Shown here one piece after another: positions 21,269 to 31,585 of a stretch of DNA of 48,512 bases. Under the pieces are notes generated by a model. It was not told the origin of the DNA and searched no databases. It saw only the letters and a list, made by a program, of their open reading frames with translations. Position numbers and translations under genes: made by a program. Position 1 is the first letter of the stretch. Every line of letters starts with the position of its first letter. The stretch covers positions 1 to 48,512 of the forward strand of contig JBLWGC010000072.1 in the NCBI GenBank assembly GCA_048772705.1. Direction: 5' to 3'. Source of the stretch: Leidyana gryllorum EB-2025a. Its lineage: Eukaryota; Protista; Apicomplexa.

Positions 21269-24200
21269 CTAAGAGAATAGCCTTTGTCTCTTGTTAGGGA
21301 GATATACTACTTGCGTCAAAGGTCTATGCCTGCGTCGGGTCCTTGTGCCCCTTGCGGCTCTCGCGGCATGCCACTTTTCTTCATACTCCCGCAGCAGCTC
21401 GGGGTATGCGTGAAGTCTTTCACGGGGTACCCACGTCAAGTCCTTCCAGGTCCGGCCTTGCCACTTGACTTGGTAGTGCTCATCCCGTTGACGAAACTTG
21501 ACGATCTTCTGAGGTACAGAAGACTCGGCCTCAGCTCTTGCCGGTGGTCTTAAGGTAGCCTCAGGTACTATCGGGGGTCTTGACGAAACCAGCGGTGCGT
21601 CATCGTCTTCGTCTAATGACACGGCACGCGGCGGCGACCGTATTCTTGGCGCTGTCGCTTCGGCTGGAGGCATTTCCTCTATAGTGGTTGGCAGTAGAAT
21701 CTCTGGCGTCTCAGCCGGGAAGGGAGTGCCTTGGCTCATCTCTCCTTCTGGCTGCCTAGTCGCGGACGTAGAGGTAACGGGACCCACAGGAACGCAAATA
21801 CTGATTCCGGAGCCTTCGCTACTTACACTCTCACGACGTCTCTGGGTCGTTGCCTCGGTACTTGTAGGAATCTTACAAGTCCGGTCTTCCTTAGGCTGGA
21901 TCCATGTGTCCACACCAACAGGTAAGACTCGATTCACGTTTACGCGATCGAAAGCCGACTGAGACCCTTCCACTCTACACCAGGATCCGTCTTTAGACGT
22001 TTCCACCACTTTCTTTGGTGCACTCCACTTAGGCGATAGCTTCCGTGACGGGAAGTCGGTAAGTTCATAGTCACTTAACCGAACTAGCACCCATTGCCCC
22101 ACATTCACGTTCTTCTCACGAGCCGACTTGTCGTACTGAGACTTCATTTTCTCATAGTACTTTTCCAGACTTTGTCGTGCTCGGTGAGTGGCATCATCAA
22201 TAATCTGGCGTAGTTCCTTGGCATACTGCTCTCCCGTGGTATGAGGTCGGGTATTTCTCTCCCCCCCTCCGGGTAAGTGCGGTTGCCGTCCTCGGTTCAG
22301 TACAAAGGGTGACATTCCGAGTGCTCGATGATCGGTAATGTTATACCCGAACTGAATACCGGGGAGATAGGAATCCCAGTTATTTGCCGTAAAACCGGTT
22401 AACGTGGCCAACGACTTATTGAGCGTGCGCATAAACCGTTCTGCATAACCGTCGCCTTGCGGGTAATACGCGGTTGAGAAGATCTTTTTAATGCCAAAGT
22501 GTGAGCATAAGTGATCTACCAACTTGGCGCGGAAACTGGGTCCATTGTCCGATAATAGTCTTCTTGGACACCCATGATTGCAGATAATATGCTTGTTAAA
22601 AGCGTTAATGACGGTTATGGCCTCTTGATTGCGCGTCGGCACTAACTCAACCCACTTAGTGAATTGGTCAACGAATACCAGGACATACTTGTACCCATTT
22701 GACTCAGGGTAAGGTCCGCAGAAATCCATGGCGACAGTCCCCCATGGTTCTGTTGGTACTTCTGACTTCATAGGGCCGTGTGGTTGTTGAGGTTTCCGTC
22801 GTTGGCATAGTACGCACTTTTCTAAGATTTGTCTTATCTTAGGTATCGTTAGGCTCGATACATATATTTGTGCGACCATGTGGCGTATTCGGTTAGGTCC
22901 GAAATGAGCGCCAACCGGGCTTTCGTGTATAGTGCGTACAACACGTTCCCATAGTTTCTCGGGAAGCCACGGTCTCCACCGGAAGCCATCATCGACTCCT
23001 ATCAGTCCGTCAACCACGTACACTCCTTTACTTTTTGTAAAGTTGTTGGATATTCCCTCGTCTTGTTGCTCATGGTACAGTTCCGCTTCAGAGGGTAATT
23101 CCAACTTGGTGGGGAGTATGGCGTAAATCATGTGATCCTCCATGCACTCAGAGTCGGCGAATGTGCGAGTGAAGGCATCAACATTAGAGTGAGATTTACC
23201 CGATCGGTGGCGTATTTCGAACGGAGTAAACTCTGCCAGCGCAAGTGCCCATCGTTGTAAACGGCCGGTTCGTGCCTTAAACAACCATTGTAGACTTTCG
23301 TGGTCCGACCGAACGTAAAACTTGGAACCGAGGATGTATGTGCGGAACTTCTGTAGCGCTTCTTTTATAGCCAATGCCTCTTTTTCCCTTATATGCCATC
23401 TTGACTCGGCAGGTGAGAACTTGCGGGACTCAAAGACAATGGGTCGGTCGCCTCTACCGTCACCAAAGTCTTGACTGAGTACTGCTGCCATGCCAATTTC
23501 AGACGCATCACAGTCCACAATAAATTCTCGGGAAAAGTCAGGGTATGCTAGGACCACATCTCCACTGACCAAGGCTTTCTTAAGCGTATTGAAGGCGTTC
23601 TCGCACTCCGGGGTCCAATTAAACGCGCCCTTTTTCGGAAGGTCCGTGAGTGGGGCACTTATTTCAGCATGGCCTTTTATGAACCTTCTGTAATACCCGG
23701 AAAGCCCAAGGAATGCTCTGACTTCCTTTGAGTCTTTCGGTCGAGGGAACTTGTTGACTTTTTCTAACTTCTTTGGGTCTGTACGCACTCCACCCGCAGT
23801 TACTATATGTCCGAGAAATTCAATTTCGGACTTCAAGAACTCGCACTTCGCCGGTTTTAACAATAACCCAGCTCCGTGACAAGTCTCGAATACTTCCCTC
23901 AAGTGTCGTACATGATCCTCAAAGGTCTTAGAGTAAATCAGTATATCGTCTAAGTAGCAGACGACAAAGTCAAACAACATAGGACCCAAGACTTTTTGCA
24001 TCATCCGCTGGTACGTAGCGGGGGCATTACAGAGGCCAAAGGGCATGACCAACCACTCGAATTGTCCTTCAGCGCAGATAAAGGATGTCTTGTGTATATC
24101 CTGTTCTGCCATCGGGATTTGCCAATAACCAGCGGCAGCATCCAGGGATGAGAAGTACTTTGCTCCTCTAAAGACCGAGAGTAAGTCGTCAATTCTAGGT

Positions 24201-24964
24201 AAGGGGTGGCGATCCTTCCTAGTGACGTCGTTTAATTTACGATAGTCAATACAAAAGCGTATTGATCCATCTTTCTTTGGCACTAGTGTCACCGGGCTGG
24301 CCCACGCCGATGAACATGGCCGTATTGCTCCTTGTTTGAGCATGCTCTCGACTTGTGTCTTTATGACTTCCCTTTCCGCTGGGCTGGTGCGTCGCAGTGG
24401 TATTCGTACAGGTGCTGCGAGTCCTGTATCGATTTCGTGCTCCCAACCGACGGCCCGACCAAAGGGTCGTTCATCCGTAATAAAGTAATCCGGTTTGCAT
24501 AGGGCTTCAATTATAGCCTTTTGCTTTGCCGGTAAGTTCGGTGGGAACCGGATGGTGACACTTAACCCAGGTTCAACTTGGTCAACCATCAATACCTCGT
24601 ATTTTCCTTGAAGTCGTACGAGTCCCCTTTTGACGTCGGGTACTACATCGTACTTCTTCAGGAAATCGCAACCCAGAATCACATCGGCACCAGTATTTGC
24701 CAAGATGTGGAATTCTGCTTTTCCTTCAAGTCCGCCTATCTTGAAAGGAACTTCTACCAGCTGGGTAACCTGGCAGGTACGGTCTTTCACCGCCAAACCG
24801 ACAGTAAATGGTTTACAGGCGCGCCTCTTTAGTTTCAATCGGTTTGCTAGATCCTCATTGATGTATGAGTCTGAAGCCCCCGAATCCACTAACGCCTTTA
24901 CCACTTCACTCTGAGTCGGATGACTTAGTGAAAATGCAACCGTTGCGACTCCTGAGCCGGCCAC
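21269..24964 (-). CDS. pol: Pol polyprotein (aspartic protease, reverse transcriptase, RNase H, integrase, chromodomain)
   Basis: 1231-aa uninterrupted ORF: ALVDSGA protease, YLDD RT, VDCDAS RNase H, HHCC plus MDF/SDNG/AERF integrase, C-terminal YQVKWQG..TWVP chromodomain; frame is open upstream to 25048 and overlaps the end of gag. Confidence 0.97.
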   Translation of the reverse strand: MAGSGVATVAFSLSHPTQSEVVKALVDSGASDSYINEDLANRLKLKRRACKPFTVGLAVKDRTCQVTQLVEVPFKIGGLEGKAEFHILANTGADVILGCDFLKKYDVVPDVKRGLVRLQGKYEVLMVDQVEPGLSVTIRFPPNLPAKQKAIIEALCKPDYFITDERPFGRAVGWEHEIDTGLAAPVRIPLRRTSPAEREVIKTQVESMLKQGAIRPCSSAWASPVTLVPKKDGSIRFCIDYRKLNDVTRKDRHPLPRIDDLLSVFRGAKYFSSLDAAAGYWQIPMAEQDIHKTSFICAEGQFEWLVMPFGLCNAPATYQRMMQKVLGPMLFDFVVCYLDDILIYSKTFEDHVRHLREVFETCHGAGLLLKPAKCEFLKSEIEFLGHIVTAGGVRTDPKKLEKVNKFPRPKDSKEVRAFLGLSGYYRRFIKGHAEISAPLTDLPKKGAFNWTPECENAFNTLKKALVSGDVVLAYPDFSREFIVDCDASEIGMAAVLSQDFGDGRGDRPIVFESRKFSPAESRWHIREKEALAIKEALQKFRTYILGSKFYVRSDHESLQWLFKARTGRLQRWALALAEFTPFEIRHRSGKSHSNVDAFTRTFADSECMEDHMIYAILPTKLELPSEAELYHEQQDEGISNNFTKSKGVYVVDGLIGVDDGFRWRPWLPEKLWERVVRTIHESPVGAHFGPNRIRHMVAQIYVSSLTIPKIRQILEKCVLCQRRKPQQPHGPMKSEVPTEPWGTVAMDFCGPYPESNGYKYVLVFVDQFTKWVELVPTRNQEAITVINAFNKHIICNHGCPRRLLSDNGPSFRAKLVDHLCSHFGIKKIFSTAYYPQGDGYAERFMRTLNKSLATLTGFTANNWDSYLPGIQFGYNITDHRALGMSPFVLNRGRQPHLPGGGERNTRPHTTGEQYAKELRQIIDDATHRARQSLEKYYEKMKSQYDKSAREKNVNVGQWVLVRLSDYELTDFPSRKLSPKWSAPKKVVETSKDGSWCRVEGSQSAFDRVNVNRVLPVGVDTWIQPKEDRTCKIPTSTEATTQRRRESVSSEGSGISICVPVGPVTSTSATRQPEGEMSQGTPFPAETPEILLPTTIEEMPPAEATAPRIRSPPRAVSLDEDDDAPLVSSRPPIVPEATLRPPARAEAESSVPQKIVKFRQRDEHYQVKWQGRTWKDLTWVPRERLHAYPELLREYEEKWHAARAARGTRTRRRHRPLTQVVYLPNKRQRLFS

Positions 24965-25009
24965 TGCGATTAGCCTTGGCTCTCTGGATTGGAGTTGGGC
25001 CGAAAAGGG
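24948..25009 (-). promoter_or_regulatory. Putative -1 ribosomal frameshift signal
   Basis: C_CCU_UUU heptamer (25009..25003) in gag frame, pol in -1 frame, predicted stem-loop 7 nt downstream. Confidence 0.65.
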
Positions 25010-26193
25010 GTCCTCTTGCGGTTGCCACCTTTCTTGATAGGCCTTTCCTCAGCTGCCTTTTTGCGGCATACACTTTCAAAGTGATTATTGCCTTGGCAAA
25101 AGTGGCATTGTTTACCACGTGCTGGGCACTCCTTTCCTTGGCATCTTGTACCACACCGCGAACACCTCCCATCTGACAAGTTGGTGTCTTTGCCTTGCCG
25201 ACTTCTGGGGGCCACCTTGGTAAACTGGCGAACATTGTTTACAGGCCTGGCTTGCTCGAGTACTTGGCATAACACTCGGCATAGCCTATCCGTAGAGTCC
25301 GTAGCTTCGTGACCTTGCCCTTTTGCGAGGGTCGGAACACTAGGCCTTACTTCCTCCGTTTGCTCATGGCCTCTCGCCGTATGGTCGGTACCTCCCATGG
25401 TGGGCATGTAAGCAAGTACCCCTTCTTCTGGCGATTTCTCCGGAGCGAAGTCCATCAAGTAAGTAAGTGGATCTTCCTTTTCATTGGCCGATCTGTGTTG
25501 GCGACTTAGTATAATTCTGATCGGTTCCGGGAAAGCCATCATGAAGGGTTCCACCAATTGTCGTCGAGTCCATGCTGGAACACCCCGTATTTCCGCAGCT
25601 CGGTTGTAAAGCACCATGTACCGATCCAACTGTTCCATGACATCAACACGATTGTCACCTTTGACAGTATGGATTTTCCCCAGGAAGTACCCCAATGGCT
25701 CAACGGGTCCGTGCTCTTCAAGTACCGCTTTACGTAACTCCGCATATGTTGGCTGATCGGAGTACTTAGTCTTTATGGCGACTGGCACTTTTTCACATGC
25801 CGCGAAGGCTGCTATTTCTAGTCCTTCCGGAACCCCGCTGGCCTTGATTCGTTGCTCGAAGTCTACGAACCATTGGTCGATTGAGCCTGGTCTACTCAAC
25901 GACAACATGGGGAGGTCATTATACTTGACCGTAGGGAGCCTCCTGGTTTCTTGGCGTTCTGTACGGTCTGGGCGTTCCGTACGAGCGAGCATAGCAACCT
26001 CTGTATGTTGCTGGAGGCGCTGAGTATACTCGCGGCGCTCTGTTTCCAACCGCTCCATAACCAATTGCTGCGAGCGCACCATTTCCATCATGAGTGTCAT
26101 CATGTGGCGGGCGTCGATGGGGGTTTCCGCAGGCTGTTCCGTATTGCGGGGAGAAGCGGTATGCGAAGTGGCTTGCTCTTGATTGGCGGACAT
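24970..26193 (-). CDS. gag: Gag protein with zinc knuckle
   Basis: 407-aa ORF upstream of pol; CHFCQGNNHFESVC is Cx2Cx4Hx4C, preceded by a second Cys cluster. Confidence 0.9.
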   Translation of the reverse strand: MSANQEQATSHTASPRNTEQPAETPIDARHMMTLMMEMVRSQQLVMERLETERREYTQRLQQHTEVAMLARTERPDRTERQETRRLPTVKYNDLPMLSLSRPGSIDQWFVDFEQRIKASGVPEGLEIAAFAACEKVPVAIKTKYSDQPTYAELRKAVLEEHGPVEPLGYFLGKIHTVKGDNRVDVMEQLDRYMVLYNRAAEIRGVPAWTRRQLVEPFMMAFPEPIRIILSRQHRSANEKEDPLTYLMDFAPEKSPEEGVLAYMPTMGGTDHTARGHEQTEEVRPSVPTLAKGQGHEATDSTDRLCRVLCQVLEQARPVNNVRQFTKVAPRSRQGKDTNLSDGRCSRCGTRCQGKECPARGKQCHFCQGNNHFESVCRKKAAEERPIKKGGNRKRTPFRPNSNPESQG

Positions 26194-27311
26194 GTTTACT
26201 TAGTAAGTAAAGAAGTAACTTCCCAACGAATGCTTAAGCAGTAGTGAATGCTCAACAACGAATGCTTAGTGAATTGCAGTTGAATTCTTTTTATTCATAC
26301 TGCTTTGTGTGCGTGTCTCTCCGAGACAGCAACATTGGCGCCTCTTGCGAGTGCTGCCTTTGTAGACGTTTTAGTAACCGTAGACGACGCTTCACGTCAG
26401 CACTTGAGTCGTTTTTCATTGGGCGAGGACTTATGTCCTTACTTACATAACACCGACACAGATGTTACCCGTATAACGACTTTACTTCCTGCTGAGACGC
26501 GTAGTGCGCCGGTGGTTCCCATTAGACCACCCTTGACAGTTGCTAGAGCTCGCCGGTTCCGGAGTTGGCGCTCCTTCACCGGTTTCCCACTGGTGCACCC
26601 AGGATGCCCTAGCCCTTCCAAGTTCACCTTTCTGGATGTTCGGCGGCTACAGAAGCACACACCTACTTGCCGCTAAGCAGGTACCGGTCGGTACACATAC
26701 ACTTAGAGGCCCCAGTCCGGATTCCAAGAGGAACTAGGCTCCCTCTCAAGTTGAGCCAAACTAGCATACTGCGCGTTGCCAAACCCTTCGATTCCCAGCG
26801 AAGAAAAGGGGTTTGTTACAACGACTCCCCGGCTCGCCGGGTTGACTGATCGCACTGTAGGTTCTCTACAGCCAGCCTTTTAACAGATTTCGGACTTAAG
26901 TCCCCGCGACTCTGCGTACGTTCGATGTTCGCTACTAGGCCTGCCTGCCTTTCACTGAACACTCGCTGTCCTTAAAGGTACAGCTATGAGCCGAGGCTTT
27001 TAGTCCTACAGCCACATGTCGACTCCTGCTCCGGCTTATGCCCGGACGTCCCCCCTCCTTCTGGGAACTGGTGCTCCGTCACCTGACCATTTCATGTTTG
27101 AACTTAGAACAAAATGAAGGTAACTTAGCCTAAACCAGCTTTCCGAACCCCAGGGTGATGGGTTTTCGACTTAGCAGGATTCGCGATCCGCTCGCCTGGC
27201 GGCTTGCGCGACTTAGCGGATTTTCGTTGGCCGTCCCGGCGCCTCTTCCGTGACGATCCCACGATCCTCTCCGTGTGGCTGCTTGTGTGGCGATTTCTGC
27301 ACAAGATGGCG

Positions 27312-27324
27312 GGCCGAGGCACCA
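27312..27324 (-). other. Primer-binding site for tRNA-Phe(GAA)
   Basis: TGGTGCCTCGGCC, 2 nt after the 5' LTR, is complementary to the 3' end (GGCCGAGGCA+CCA) of tRNA-Phe at 31513..31585. Confidence 0.88.
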
Positions 27325-27326
27325 CG

Positions 27327-27928
27327 TGTTGTAACCCCAAGTCGCTACTCAAGGGGAACGAGGCCCAGTTCTCATCTCTGCATACTTTCGACCACAAGTC
27401 AGACTTAGAACCCAGTTAGTATTTTTGCCGACAAGTCTACCACGAATATGTCGCACACGACGTTGCAAAACAAGAACTACGACTTGTTGTACCAAGTGCA
27501 AAAGTTATCTTAGGCCGCCTCTTGCCTAGTCCAACTCTGACTTAGCCAACTTTGCTTGCGTGTGTCTCTCGCTCTGGTGTCTCTCTCACTCCACCCATGT
27601 GCCAGTCGCTCGCACTCTTGCGGAGCCTCGCGCTGGACACACACGGTAGTTCTCCCCGACACCACACTCTGATCATTCATGTGAGTGTCTGCACAGTTAC
27701 ACTGTTGCAGAGAGCTCAGACCACTAGGGTGCATTTGCCTTTACGCTTTAGTAGTGGTTGCTTTACGTTCGTTAATAATGCCTTTTCACCATCTTATACA
27801 TGCCCCTATATAAGTGCCAAATATGTAGGGAAGTATCCAGATGGATGTTAATTCGATTGGAAATTTCACCAAGTCGAATTTGGCCACCCGATAGGAAGTT
27901 GACCATCAGGCAAACACGAACTACAACA
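27327..27928 (-). repeat. 5' LTR of the retrotransposon
   Basis: Direct repeat of 20631..21231, adjacent to the PBS; TATA-like TTATATA near 27807..27813. Confidence 0.95.
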
Positions 27929-28350
27929 GATTCGAATCTGCATTTGTATGTCCGGTTGCATGCACCCAAGTATTCGGCTGTTGCTCTGCTGGTATAATCC
28001 TTCCTCAGAGTGGAAGGAGTCCTGGGTTCGATTCCAGAACAGCCCTATTGGTCGTCGTTTGACTTAACCGGACATGTTGCCCTCAGAACCAACACAGCCA
28101 CCTCGTTAGCCCGCTTCGATAGGGCAGTCAGGGCAACTAACATCTCGAGGATCACATTTCGGCTACCTCTTCCATGTTGCAGACTGAGCATTGTAGCTCA
28201 GTGGAAGAGTGTTAGGCTCATAACGCAAAGGTCCGTCGATCGAAACGACGCACTGCTAAGTGTGCGCAGAAGGGAACAGTTGCAGGATAGATTGGCTCGT
28301 TAAGCCAAGCCTTCTGCCCGAATCGAACTGGCGACCTTTCACTTACTAAG

Positions 28351-28586
28351 CGCGAGCAAAGTTGGCTAAGTCAGAGTTGGACTAGGCAAGAGGCGGCCTA
28401 AGATAACTTTTGCACTTGGTACAACAAGTCGTAGTTCTTGTTTTGCGCCGTCGTGTGCGACATATTCGTGGTAGACTTGTCGGCAAAAATACTAACTGGG
28501 TTCTAAGTCTGACTGGTGGTCGAAAGTATGCAGAGATGAGAACTGGGCCTCGTTCCCCCCTTGAGTAGCGACTTGGGGTTACAACA
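28351..28586 (+). mobile_element. Fragment of solo LTR, inverted relative to the other LTRs
   Basis: Reverse complement of the first ~235 bp of the LTR as read on +; outer flank TATTC (GAATA on the other strand). Confidence 0.92.
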
Positions 28587-28712
28587 TATTCCACGAGTAA
28601 ATTCCGTCCCACCCGAAGTTGAGGAGTGGACTTCTTGCAACGCAGTTCGTCTGACGCTCCTGTTCCATCCCATCCTGATCGATGCTTCGCCACCTCTACA
28701 GCCTCGCTCAAA

Positions 28713-28784
28713 GACCGAGTCGTCTAGTGGTTAGGACAGCACGTTGTGGCCGTGCAAACCCAGGCTCGATTCCTGGCTCGGACA
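28713..28784 (+). tRNA. tRNA-His(GTG), best-preserved copy
   Basis: GCACG-TT-GTG-GC-CGTGC arm; T-loop CTCGA and one acceptor mismatch. Confidence 0.72.
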
Positions 28785-29171
28785 ACCAATCTAAAGTGCA
28801 TTGCAATTCCCCTCCAAACCTCTCAGATCCTTATCGAGACTGAGAGACCAGTCAGAAAAGCTTAAGTGCGTGAGCAAAGCCTTCTGCCGGAATCGAACCG
28901 GCGACCTTTCGCTTACAAAGCGAATGCTCTGTCACCAGCTAAGAAGGCAATGTTAACGGAAGTTACTGAAGCTCATTGTTCCACCGGTCGAACGGATCTA
29001 GGGCTCCACCCAACGGCAAATAGGGTGTAACTCAGTTTAGAGCTTCGTTGCCGCCCTGGCTCAGTCCGTAGAGCGCAAGACTTTCAATCTTGCAGTCGCG
29101 GGTTCGGGCTCCGCGGGCGGTGCAAATCAATGTCTCTGGAAGCCGTTACCAACAACCACACTCTGCTGGAT

Positions 29172-29244
29172 TTCCACTCCCGGGACTTGAACCCGGATCG
29201 TGCGGGTGAAAGCCGCATATCCTAGCCACTTAGACTACAGTGGA
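29172..29244 (-). tRNA. tRNA-Glu(TTC)
   Basis: One acceptor mismatch. Confidence 0.78.
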
Positions 29245-29547
29245 CGAGTGGTTGAGTTGGGGCTTCGGCCGAGAGCCGTACCGTCTTGGAAATAATGGTA
29301 TGTCGGCGTGATCAAGTGAGTGGATCTCTGATACAGATTCGGACTTAGTAACCAATTCCATTTGTATTGATCGTGGAATCTTGGGCCTTCGCCGGGCCTT
29401 CACCGGGTACAGGGCGAGCTTCCTTGCCGCCCCAACTCCGTCGGTGGAGCGCAAGACTTTTGATGGGAGAACCGCGGGTTCGGGGGGCGCGAGGAGTGCT
29501 GAATTGTATGCGAAGCCACTGGCCGCAAAATGCCGAGTTCGACAGGT

Positions 29548-29629
29548 GGCAACTTGCCCGAGTGGTTAGGGGGGTAGACTCGAAATCTATTGGGCCTGGT
29601 CCGCGCTGGTTCAAATCCAGCAGTTGTCG
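29548..29629 (+). tRNA. tRNA-Ser(CGA)
   Basis: Ser body, CT-CGA-AA loop. Confidence 0.78.
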
Positions 29630-29693
29630 TGCGATGTGGTGGAAATGATGCAATTCCCAGCATCAAAAACTCATATGGGTCGAGACAGGGAAT

Positions 29694-29765
29694 GCCTCCT
29701 TAGCTTAGGGGCAGAGCATTCGCTTTGTAAGCGAAAGGTCGCTGGTTCGATTCGGGCAGAAGGCT
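29694..29765 (+). tRNA. tRNA-Thr(TGT), variant
   Basis: Thr body, TT-TGT-AA loop, stem mismatches. Confidence 0.68.
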
Positions 29766-29923
29766 TCAGTCATTAGCCTAAACATGGTTGCGATCATCCG
29801 CATTTTCGGACGGCGACTTGCACACAGCACTCGGCCATCTTGCCGAAGTGTTACCCGTTTCCTGTCCGTGAAATCTCAAAATGCGAGGAGTTCTGGGGTT
29901 GGAGGCCGGCGTGTTTACTAGCG

Positions 29924-29995
29924 TCCGAGATAGTATAGTGGTTAGTATTTCCGCCTGTCACGCGGAAGACCCGGGTTCGATTCCCGGTCTCGGAG
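29924..29995 (+). tRNA. tRNA-Asp(GTC)
   Basis: Intact cloverleaf. Confidence 0.9.
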
Positions 29996-30194
29996 CAGTT
30001 CCAGCCTTCACAACTGGTGCAACTCAGATTTTGTCTCAGCTGGTCTGGACTTCATTCGGGATTGTACGAGTGGGAGCCGCGTATAGTAGCCGACCTTGGA
30101 GAGACGTGGCATTGAACCCAGGACTTCTTCCAGCCGAAGAAAGAATCATATAACTAGACCAAACAGCCCCCTGTGGGTGCCTCAGGGCTAAGTT

Positions 30195-30266
30195 GCCTTC
30201 TTAGCTTAGGGGCAGAGCGTTCGCTTCGTAAGCGAGAAGTCGCCGGTTCGATTCCGGCAGAAGGCT
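30195..30266 (+). tRNA. tRNA-Thr(CGT)
   Basis: Cloverleaf. Confidence 0.87.
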
Positions 30267-30447
30267 TTGATGCATCGATAGGCTTATAAGGAATGGCTGT
30301 CACCACGTACAAGATTCACAAGATTGTGTTCTGCATCTGTGGTCTAGTGGAAGAGTCGCTCGCTGCCATCGAGATAACCCGTGTGGGATTCCCGACGGAT
30401 GCAAAATGATAGCATGATGAGTTTGTCGGCGGTTCCGATTCCGACCG

Positions 30448-30520
30448 TGGGAGTGGAGAGGATCGAACTCTCGACTTCAAGATTATGAGACCTACGCGCT
30501 ACCGACTGCGCTACACTCCC
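30448..30520 (-). tRNA. tRNA-Met(CAT) elongator
   Basis: Cloverleaf. Confidence 0.8.
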
Positions 30521-30536
30521 TAGTGAGACTTCACTG

Positions 30537-30609
30537 GGTCTTGTAGCTCAGTCGGCAGAGCGTGTGGCTGTTAACCACAAAGTCGCAGGTTCGAAACCTG
30601 CCAGGACCG
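30537..30609 (+). tRNA. tRNA-Asn(GTT)
   Basis: Intact cloverleaf. Confidence 0.9.
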
Positions 30610-30710
30610 GGTGCTGCGGCACCGTACTCTCTAGACGGCACTTGTGCTCTTGGACCCTTCCAAGGTCGTAAATATGTATTTAAATACCGGCAATTGCAGA
30701 CTACGAAGTT

Positions 30711-30783
30711 TGGACGACCTGGGCATCGATCCCAGTACCTCTCGCATGCTAAGCGAGCGCTCTACCATTTGAGCTAGTCGCCC
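30711..30783 (-). tRNA. tRNA-Ala(AGC)
   Basis: Intact cloverleaf. Confidence 0.9.
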
Positions 30784-30981
30784 GTTGTGCAGACCCCATC
30801 GCATTTTTTTGTTCTCAACACCGTATGACCACTCTCTCGACTGTATTCAGCGGGTTTCACGACCGAGAGGCGGCTGATTGGTCTAGTGGTATGATTCTTC
30901 CTTTGGGTGGAAGGAGTCGTGGCTTCGATTCCCAGAACAGCCCGTCTGATAGTTGTTGACGCAACAGGCTGCAATTCGCCC

Positions 30982-31054
30982 AGACGCTACTGGGACTCGA
31001 ACCCAGAATCCCCGGTTCCGTAGACCGATGCCATATCCATTAGGCCATAGCGCC
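30982..31054 (-). tRNA. tRNA-Arg(ACG)
   Basis: Intact cloverleaf. Confidence 0.88.
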
Positions 31055-31512
31055 GACTAGCGGAGCCGTCAAATGGGAGTGTGTAGCGATCGAGACAGGA
31101 CATGGGCAGCTACGCCCGATGGTGGGTCTGGGCAGACTTCACCCACATCTCCCGTTCGAGACATCGGGGACATACTATCCAAGCCAGGATTCGGGCCTGG
31201 GTATGCACGGCCACAACTTGCTGTTGTAAGCACCTAGACGACCCGGACAATCTTCAAGTGAGGCTGGTGGGTACCAAAGCCATCATTTCCACCACAGAAT
31301 TCAACTGGGCCTGGGCCGCGCTGGTGCAGATCCAGCAGTTGTCGTGCGATGTGATTGGAGGGGTCAGACACCAACTTACGCATGAATTCCAATCTACCCC
31401 CCTTCCCCACTCGGGCAAGTTGGCTACTGTCGATTTCGCCATGCGGCGAGGAGTGGCCCCACATACCGCCGCGGTGAGTGCTTATTTTCATCGCCTTCCG
31501 TGACTACCTACC

Positions 31513-31585
31513 GCCTCGGTAGCTCAGTTGGGAGAGCGCCAGACTGAAGATCTGGAAGTCCCGTGTTCGATCCACGGCCGAGGCA
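31513..31585 (+). tRNA. tRNA-Phe(GAA)
   Basis: Intact cloverleaf, CCAGA-CT-GAA-GA-TCTGG. Confidence 0.92.

Larger units (their letters stand above)
20631..27928 (-). mobile_element. Full-length Ty3/gypsy (chromovirus-type) LTR retrotransposon
   Basis: Two ~601 bp direct LTRs (TGTTGTA...TACAACA), PBS, PPT, gag and pol with PR-RT-RH-IN-chromodomain order. Confidence 0.97.

Noticed and set aside
26305-26676. Extra ORF (env-like or antisense accessory gene) in the retrotransposon
   Set aside because: Short, non-ATG start, no recognisable domain or transmembrane pattern
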